Assembly: GCF_009914755.1 (NCBI RefSeq)
Contig: NC_060937.1
Source of the DNA: the human T2T-CHM13v2.0 reference genome, Homo sapiens
Length of the DNA: 64,000 bases
Direction: 5' to 3' (one strand)
The notes beneath the pieces are model-generated. The model was not told the origin of the DNA and did not search any database. It saw only the letters and a program-made list of their open reading frames with translations. The translations under genes and the position numbers were made by a program. Numbering within the stretch: position 1 is the first letter of the stretch; each line of letters starts with the position of its first letter. This document shows positions 54,779-64,000 of this stretch, in pieces.

Positions 54779-55654
54779 AATAGACAATATGTTCTGACCT
54801 TAGAGAAGATCACAGTTAGGTCAGTGGAGTAAATCTGCTGACCTGACTGTGAGTGAAACAATTAGAATGAGGATGACTTGCAGCTCTCAAGACCAGCACT
54901 AACTACACATGGCCTGCCCTAAGATTTTATGACTGCTGCAAAAATAGGAGAAACTCAAATAACATTAAGTAAAGCCTCTTGTCTGTATGTGTTTCCTTGT
55001 TTAAGAAAACAAGCACACCATTTTAGCTACTGTTCCCTTTGTTAGCTATTGGCAAACTCTTTGTTACACCTTCCAATCACCAACGTCATGATTACTTTCT
55101 ATTTGTATTATCCCTTTGATCATTTCCACACACTTTGATTAACTTAAAAAGAAGCATAGTTCAAGATGCTGCATGTTTTGATGCCAATTTTGGCCCACCT
55201 TTCATCTAAAGGGTGGGAAGAGCAGATTGCTGTATTTTTTGAGCATAATGGAGAGTATATGGAGCTTAGTAATAGCTCAAGTGCTTCATAAGTAATAAAA
55301 TAAATACTTCTCACTTCTCTTGTCATCCATCTCCCAATTCTCTAATATTTTTGAAAAGCCTTATGGCTGGCAAAAATTGGTGATTATGCCCAGCTTAATT
55401 CTTACATCAAACATTACATCTTCCATTAGCAGGAGCGTAGGTGGGAAGTCTTTAGGTTAAGCCCATTCTCTGTAACATCCTGACCCAAGGGCAAAGAGAC
55501 CATTACTGACACTGCTCTAATGGTTTTCTCCTGCTTTCTGTGACGCTAAAAGTCTGGAAGCTTAATTAGGAAAGGGCCAACAGATCACTTCATGGGTATT
55601 CCCCAAAGAGGGTCATTTGTGTTTTCACTGTGAAATACCATCTATATCCAATGG

Positions 55655-56540
55655 CCATTCAAAAATATGTAATCAACTACATTTAGTAAGCAACTACTGT
55701 GTGCCAGACCGTGTTTTGGATGTCAGGCTATTGTGTTAAACAAGATGGATAAAAATTCTTCCTCTACTAGTGTTTTCTCCCAGTGAAGAAAAGCAGAAAA
55801 AATAGAAATAATTAGATAAGAAATATCAGACAATTGCTATAAGGAGAATGGAAATATTTTATTGAGGGATGTCCATTTTATACTAGGTAGATAGGAAAGA
55901 CCTGTGTTTGAGATGGTGACATTTATTATAAGAAGCAAGCTGCCATAAAATATCTGATAATAAACATTTCATGCAGAAGGAAGTTGGGGCAAAGGCTCCA
56001 GAACTTCATGAGTTTAACATCCTCTGGGAATAGATAGTGTGGCAGGAGCAGAGAGACCAGACGTGAAGACAGAGGAGGAACAATCATAAAGTGGGAAGAA
56101 AGCTAGATGGGATGGTGCCAGGCAAGGTTAGCCAGGAGAGCAGGAGCCAAAAAATGGTTTCAATGTTATTGCAACTAAGTGTAACTGAAAGTCTTAGAAG
56201 TGTTCAAGCAGGGTTGTAGTTTTGTACAACTTTTTTCTTTTCTAAAAAACGCCATTCTTTTCACGTTGTGGAGGATTAATTTTCTGAAAGGGGATGTGGT
56301 TAAGACTGGGTATGAAAGATTGGTTAGGAGACCACTGCAATAATCCAGGAACTACTAAACTCATCCTGGTTTAAACTGGGGTAGAAGTGATGATGGTGGA
56401 AAAAAGGGTAAGGGTTCAGGATATAGTCTAGCTATAAAGTTGAAAGAGTTGCTAGAGTTTTAGAAGTGAATAAGATAAAAGAAACAAGAAAATTATAATT
56501 TGTCTTTAACAACTTGGTAGTTTATTGAGATGAGGGGAAG
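55655..56540 (-). mobile_element. L2 fragment
   Basis: atttagtaagcaactactgtgtgccagac...gttaggagaccactgcaataatccagg. Confidence 0.7.
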
Positions 56541-57214
56541 AGTAGCATGGAGGTGTGAATTCTGTGCTTACACATTCCATTTAATGTGGAAACACACCCA
56601 CAGCCACCTAGTCACATGTGCACAAGTGTGGACACACACACAATCTCTATTATGTTATATATACCATATACAATATGGTATGTACATGTTTATGTATATA
56701 TTTGAGAGACAGATATAGGTCTGCGCTTTCACAGAGCCCAAGGTTTCAAGGCATTTCTTTCCTTTAAAATGCATTCACCAAGTTTAGTGGTTATATTGGT
56801 GTTGACAGTTTATTAATCCATATATATACACATATATATAATTCTATATTGTGGCAGTTATATTATTATCCAGAGAATGAGAAGTTATTCAAAGAGAATT
56901 TTCCAATGATTGCATTCAGAGCCTGTGGCATAACACTTAATATATGCTTCCTAATCACTTTTCCTTAATATGAGAATGCCTGATTAAATTATACACACAC
57001 AAACCTGCATATGTATAAAAATACATTCCCATATGTATATACATATATATGTATTATGTATACTTATATGTAGAAATGCATGAAGTATTTTTTATTAAAA
57101 TACATTTATACACTTTACTATTGGACAAAAAAAAATTACTTACACAGTTTTTAGCCCTTTCTATGGTTCTATGCAATTCTTGTTTATTTTCTTTATGCAT
57201 AATTACTAATATTT

Positions 57215-58581
<1,367 letters not shown>

Positions 58582-59022
58582 GATGTTTTCTGGAGAATGT
58601 TCTTGCTTTTTTTGAAAAGGTACATCTAGAACATCTGGCTCTCTCATATTTTATTGTCATAACTAGTAAACCGGAGTATTCATACCTACCAGAGTAACTT
58701 TTCTAAAACACATACCCAATCACATTTTCACCATCAAAGCTCTTCCCTGTCTTCTTACTGCCGTGAGACCAAGTTCTAACAATACTATAGGTTATATAAA
58801 GCCTTTTTTCACTCAGACTCTGGCTGCTTTTACAGCCTCTTCTATCATCAGACAAGCTAACATCCTGTGTTTTAGTTGTGAGAATCCTATGTGCCATTTG
58901 TGCCTAAAGATGCAGATGCCTGATTCTGTTTTATACCATTAACCCTTTGCTCAGCACCACTCTTTCTTCTTGCAAAGCATTTCCCTGTCCCTCAGCATTC
59001 CCTGCCCTTAGACCATTCCCAG

Positions 59023-59335
59023 TTTTATTTTATGTTATTAATTTTTTTTTAGAGACAGGGTATTGCTTTGTGGCCCAGGCTGGACTATAGTGATGCAATT
59101 GTAGCTCACTGGAGCCTCAAACTCCTGAGCTCATGAGATCCTCCTGCCTCAGCCTCCCATGTAGCTAGGACAACAGGCATGCAACACCATGCTCAGCTAA
59201 TTTTATTTTTTATTTTCATACAGACATAGTCTTGCTATGTTGCCCAGCTGGTCTAGAACCACTGGTCTCAAGTGACCCTCCCTCCTTCACCTCCCAATGT
59301 GCTAGGATTACAGGCATGAGGCACCACTCCTGGCT
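59023..59335 (-). mobile_element. AluJ
   Basis: gcctcaaactcctgagctc, tcttgctatgttgcccag. Confidence 0.9.
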
Positions 59336-59452
59336 TTATCTACAATTTTATACTTTTTACTCTGTACTCTGCTACTCATAGCTTGTTTATCCATCTCTGT
59401 CTTCTCAGAGCTTTGGACAGTCCTTGACCCATAATATGCATTTCAGTATATG

Positions 59453-60226
59453 TACAGATGAGCTCTCCATATCCCTGGGTTCTGCATCTAGAGATCCAAC
59501 CTTCTACATCTAGAAAATGCTCAGGAAAAAATAATTTCACATGAGAAATAGAACTACCATTCCATCCAGCAATCCCATTACTGGCTGTATACTCAAAGCA
59601 AAATAAATTGTTCCACCAAAAAGACACATAAACCCGTATCTTCATCATAGCACTATTCACAATAGCAAAGATATGGCAACAACCTAGGTGCCCATAAATG
59701 GTGTATTGGAGAAAGAAAATGTGGTACATATACACCATAGAATACCAGACAGCCATAAAAAAGAATGAAATCATGTTCTTTGCAGCAACATGGATGCAGC
59801 TGGAGGCCATTATCCCAAGCAAATTAATGAAGAAACAGAAAACCAAATATTGCATGCTCTTACTTATAAGTGGGAGCTAAACCATGGGTACACATGCACA
59901 TAAAGTTGGAAACAATAGACACTAGGGATCACCAAATGAGAGAGTGAGGGAGCGGGGGAAAGGGTGAAAAACTTCCTATTGGGTACCATGTTCACTAGCT
60001 GGGTGACAGAATCAATAGAAACTCACAAGTCAGCATCACACAATATATTGTTGTAATAAACCTGCACATGTAACACTTGAATATAAAATAAAAATTTAAA
60101 TGAAAAAAGAAGTTTCACAAAGCTTCATAAAGCAAAGCAAACTTGTCATGCATGAAGTATCACACTGAATCCATATGAATGAAGTGATATGTGGCATTAT
60201 GTCAGGTACTATAAGTAATCTAGAGG
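59453..60226 (-). mobile_element. MER2B-like Tigger MITE split by an L1
   Basis: tccatatccctgggttctgcatct...aaaatgctcaggaaaaaa | aaagcaaacttg...ctgaatccatatgaatgaagtgat...tataagtaatctagag. Confidence 0.7.
59542..60108 (+). mobile_element. L1PA16/L1PB-age 3' fragment
   Basis: agaactaccatt...aagaatgaaatcatgttctttgcagcaacatggatg...aacctgcacatgta; approximate TSD a(a/g)tttcaca. Confidence 0.88.
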
Positions 60227-61044
60227 CAGGACCGTATATAACATTGAAATGAACTGAAACACAGTGTCACATCTTCCATAAAGATTTCTTAAACCTCTTT
60301 CCCGTGTACTCTCCATCTTGTGTCTCCACTATATCTCATGCATAAGCTGACAAAGCACCTCAGTCACACTACTGTCTTCTCTGTTAGTCTATGCGTTCCT
60401 TAAAGAATCCTGTTTTATGCTTTCATCTTCTGTGCCTAGAACAGTACCTAGCATAAAGTATCATGGAAGACACAAAATAAGAAAATAATTACATAGTGAT
60501 ATAATTTGACAAGGTCATCAGAATCAGAAATGAGGTAATGTGAAGTTTTCAACTGTCTTTAACAAAATAAAAGACTTAAAAATATCTCATCAATGACCAC
60601 TTTTATGATACTAACTTTTCTATTTGGCACAACAGTAAAGAAAATAAACAAAAAAGGGCTGTACCAATACTAAATTCATTCAACCAAATTTTATTGATCA
60701 CTTTTTCTGTACGAGATGTGATTTCTGAATTCAAAGTGATTACGGCCCAAAGAGTGGGATGTATACATAAATTACCACCACACAGGGGTCATATGATAAT
60801 TATCATTGAAAGGCTAGAAAAGCTCACAAGAAATAAACCAGAAGAGTTTCAATCTGAACAGACCATGAAAGGCTCACAACAAAGATGGCCTCTGAGCTTG
60901 ACCTGGAAAAGACAACAGGAGTTTTAAAGATAACAGCAAAATGTGGAAAGCATTTCAGTAGGAGGATAAAACAGCATTTGTAATCACATAGGAGAAGGAA
61001 ATAGGAACTTGAAAAAAAAAATTGTCACCAAGCAGTTCTAAACC

Positions 61045-61331
61045 AGAGATGTCCCTCTCTTGCCCAGGCTGAAGGGCAGTGGTAAGATCTTAGCTCAGTG
61101 AATCCTCAACCTTCCCGGCTCAAGTAATCCTCCCACCTCAGCCTCCCAAGTAGTTAGGACTACAGTTGTGGGTCACCATGCCCGGCTATTTTTTTTTTTT
61201 TTTGTATTTTTTATAGAGATAGGGTCTCGTTACGTTGCCCAGGCTGGTCTCAAACTCCTGGGCTCAAGTGATCCTCCTTCCTCGTCCTCCCAAGATGCTG
61301 GGATTATAGGCATGAGCCACTGCTCCTGGCC
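61045..61331 (-). mobile_element. AluJ lacking a visible tail
   Basis: Antisense dimer ending gagccactgctcctggcc; no poly(T) upstream. Confidence 0.88.
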
Positions 61332-61499
61332 CACACATGGATATTTTAGATCAGTAGGACTAGATAGAGCCAACGGTGTATTTTTTGAAAAGGTTCCACT
61401 GGTGATCTGAGGCCAGTCATTGGCAGAGGATGTGAAAGGCAAATAAAGGCGACCATGTTAGAGATGCAATTAATAATCTGTAGAGGTAGGAGTCAACTC

Positions 61500-62025
61500 T
61501 TCTTTTTTTTACTGAAAAATAAAAATGAATACATTTATGGTGTACAACATGTTTTGAAATATGTATACATTGTGAAATTGCTAAATCAAGCTAATTAACA
61601 TATGCATTACCTCACATACTAGTTATTTTTTGTGGTGAGAAAACATCAAATCTACTCTCTTAGTAATGTTCAAGTATATATACTACATTGTTATAAACTA
61701 GAGTCACCATGTTACACAATAGATCGCCTGAACTTATTTGTTCTATCTAACTGAAACTTTTTATCCTTTGACCAACATTTCCCCAATCCCCCCCACTCAG
61801 CTCCTGGCAAACACTATTTTACTCTCTGCCTCTGTGACTTCCACTTTTCTACATTCCACATGTAAGTGACATCATGCAGTATTTGTCTTTCTGTGCCTAG
61901 CTTATTTCACTTAATATAGTGTCCTCCAGTTTCAATCATGTTGTTACAAATGAATTTCCTTCTTTTTTAGGGCTGAATAGTAACCCATTGTATATGTATG
62001 CTACATTTTATTTATCCATTCATGA
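61500..62025 (-). mobile_element. L1MA 3' region
   Basis: atttatggtgtacaacatgttttgaaatatgtatacattgtg...caagctaattaacatatgcattacctcacatac. Confidence 0.88.
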
Positions 62026-62969
62026 CAGGCATCGATTCTTAAGCTAAGTGTTTGGAATTTTAAATTGGGAGCCATCATTCCTCCAGAAACTTAAAATCTA
62101 GTTAGAGAAATCGGACACTACTTCAAGACAAGCATTATCACACTTTGGATTAAGTGCTAAATGAGAGATATAGACTATGTTTGCTATGGAAACTCAGAGA
62201 GGAGCTAATTTAGTTAGGGAAGACTTGATGAAATTGTACTAACTGAGCCTGGAAACATTAAGTCTGGGATGGCAGATGCTTGGCCACGATTGAGCCCACA
62301 ACTCCTTCCCAGACCATACAAGACATAGGTAAGCATGGCAGAGTCTTTCCAATTTAACCCAGACAGAGCATCAGAATCCTTCTCAACATAGTCCACTCCA
62401 ATTGGGTAGAGTTGGCCTTCAAGGTAAAATTCTTTGGCATCCCTGATATAAAAAAGCAGAGAGGAAAGTTAAATGCATTTCAAGCAGGAGTAAGAAATGT
62501 AAGCCAAAGCGGAGCCAGCCAAGTTCATAGCATGTTTTCAGCTTGGAAAGCAGAAATCACATAGGATAGAAATAAGAGAAAACTTTAGATTGCTAAGGGC
62601 TGTAACAATTGCCTCATTTTTATACTGCTTTCAGGTTACTAGGGTCTATTATCCAATTGCCTACTTATGTAATGTTCTCGTATGTGTACTTGTTTCATTC
62701 CTTATTTCCTAGGCTATAATTGAAGCTGTATGTAAAGAAAAAAAAATGCACTGCCCTCTTTAGCCTTCAGCCTATGATTTCTGCATTCTATCTTTTCCTA
62801 CATGGTGCCATTTCTCAATGCGGTGTCTCCAGAAATCTCCTCCCTCTCTTGAAGCCCCACCCCCACCCCATCAAAAACTCTGGCCAAAAGTAAGGGTAAA
62901 TTCACACTAAAATGTAAATGACTGATATGACTCAAACCATTAGTATTCCCTGTTTCAAGGGTACTGAGC

Positions 62970-63815
62970 TTTTTTAATTTTATTTGTGCAAATTTATGGA
63001 GTACATGTACAATTTTGTTACATGTATAGATTATATCATAGTCAAGGCAGGAATTTTAGGGTATCCACCACCAAAGTAACATACATAGTACCCATTAACC
63101 AATTTCTTATCATCCTCACCACCACTGTCCCCCCACAACTTCCTCACCCTTCCCAGTCCCCATTATCTATTGTTCTACTCTTATGTTCATGTAAGCACAT
63201 TTTTTAGCAGCCACTTATAAGTGAGAATATATGATATTTGTCTTTCTGTGCCTGGCTTGTTTCACTTAAGATAATGACCTCAAGTTCCATCTATGTTGCT
63301 GCAGAAGATATTATTTTATTCTTTTTTATGGCTGAGTAGTATTCCATTGTGTATCTATACATGCCATATTTTTTAATCCATTTTATCCATTGATGGACAT
63401 TTAGGTTAATTCCATACCTAGGCTATTGTGAATAGTGCTGAGATAAACATATTAGTGGAGGTATCTTTTGATATATTGATTTATTTTCCTTTGAGTAGAT
63501 ACTCAGCAGTGGGATTGCTGGATCAAATGGTAGTTCTATTTTTAGATCTTTGAGAAATCTCCCTACTGTTCTCCATGGAGGCTGTACTAATTTACATTCC
63601 CACCAACAATGTGTAAGCGTTCCCTTTTTTCCACATCCTCATGAACATGTTACATCTTGCCTTTTTAATAATAACCATCCTAACTAGGGTAAGATGATAC
63701 CTCATTGTGGATTTGATTTGCATTTATCTGATGATTAGTGATGTTGGGCACTGTTTCTTATACCTGTTGGCCATTTGCATGTCTTCTTTTGAAAAATGTC
63801 TATTCATATCCTTTG
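62970..63815 (-). mobile_element. L1 (L1PB/L1MA) 3' region with TSD
   Basis: Antisense L1 3'UTR/ORF2 end; TSD aaggg(t/c)actg..ctttt at 62957 and 63816. Confidence 0.88.
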
Positions 63816-63860
63816 AAGGGCACTGGCCTTTTAATAGAAAGACAGAGGCCTTAAACTAAG

Positions 63861-64000
63861 CAGACTATCACAACCATGGCACTATTACATTTTGAACCAG
63901 ATAAGTCTTGATTGTGTGGGCTGTCCTATACATTGTAGGATGTTTAGCAGCATCTCTGACCCTCTTACCCATTAGATGCCAGTAGCATCCCCCAGTCCTG
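63861..64000. mobile_element. MER20 (cut by window end)
   Basis: ggcactattacattttgaaccagata...ctgtcctatacattgtaggatgtttagcagcatc...tagatgccagtagc. Confidence 0.85.

Overview
Primate (human-like) AT-rich non-coding DNA, intergenic or deep intronic, with no recognisable functional protein-coding exon. Almost every ORF in the track is an artefact of Alu, L1, L2 or simple repeats. A large share of the window is transposon-derived: about 13 Alus, 3' fragments of L1, L2, MIR, L3/CR1, a MamSINE1-like element, MER5A/MER20/MER33/MER91/MER2B-like DNA transposons, and MLT1/MER21/THE1 LTRs. There is a full-length RPL31 processed pseudogene (~24.05-24.5 kb). A two-LTR HERV-I-group provirus lies on the minus strand (~26.75-32.33 kb, tRNA-Ile PBS). 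Its most notable feature is that a ~490-bp GC-rich, apparently non-viral segment replaces 3'gag/pro/RT; the integrase core and env TM are also deleted while the LTRs, PBS and PPT remain, an architecture like a transducing non-autonomous retrovirus. Other observations: a ~155-bp cryptic palindrome at 53.0-53.16 kb, a homeodomain-motif-dense candidate conserved enhancer at 3.5-4.15 kb containing a hairpin, a ~105-bp dispersed direct repeat, a twin-primed L1PA8, and a 319-nt pure-purine tract. Repeat subfamily names come from recalled consensus sequences, not from a search, and boundaries of old repeats are approximate.
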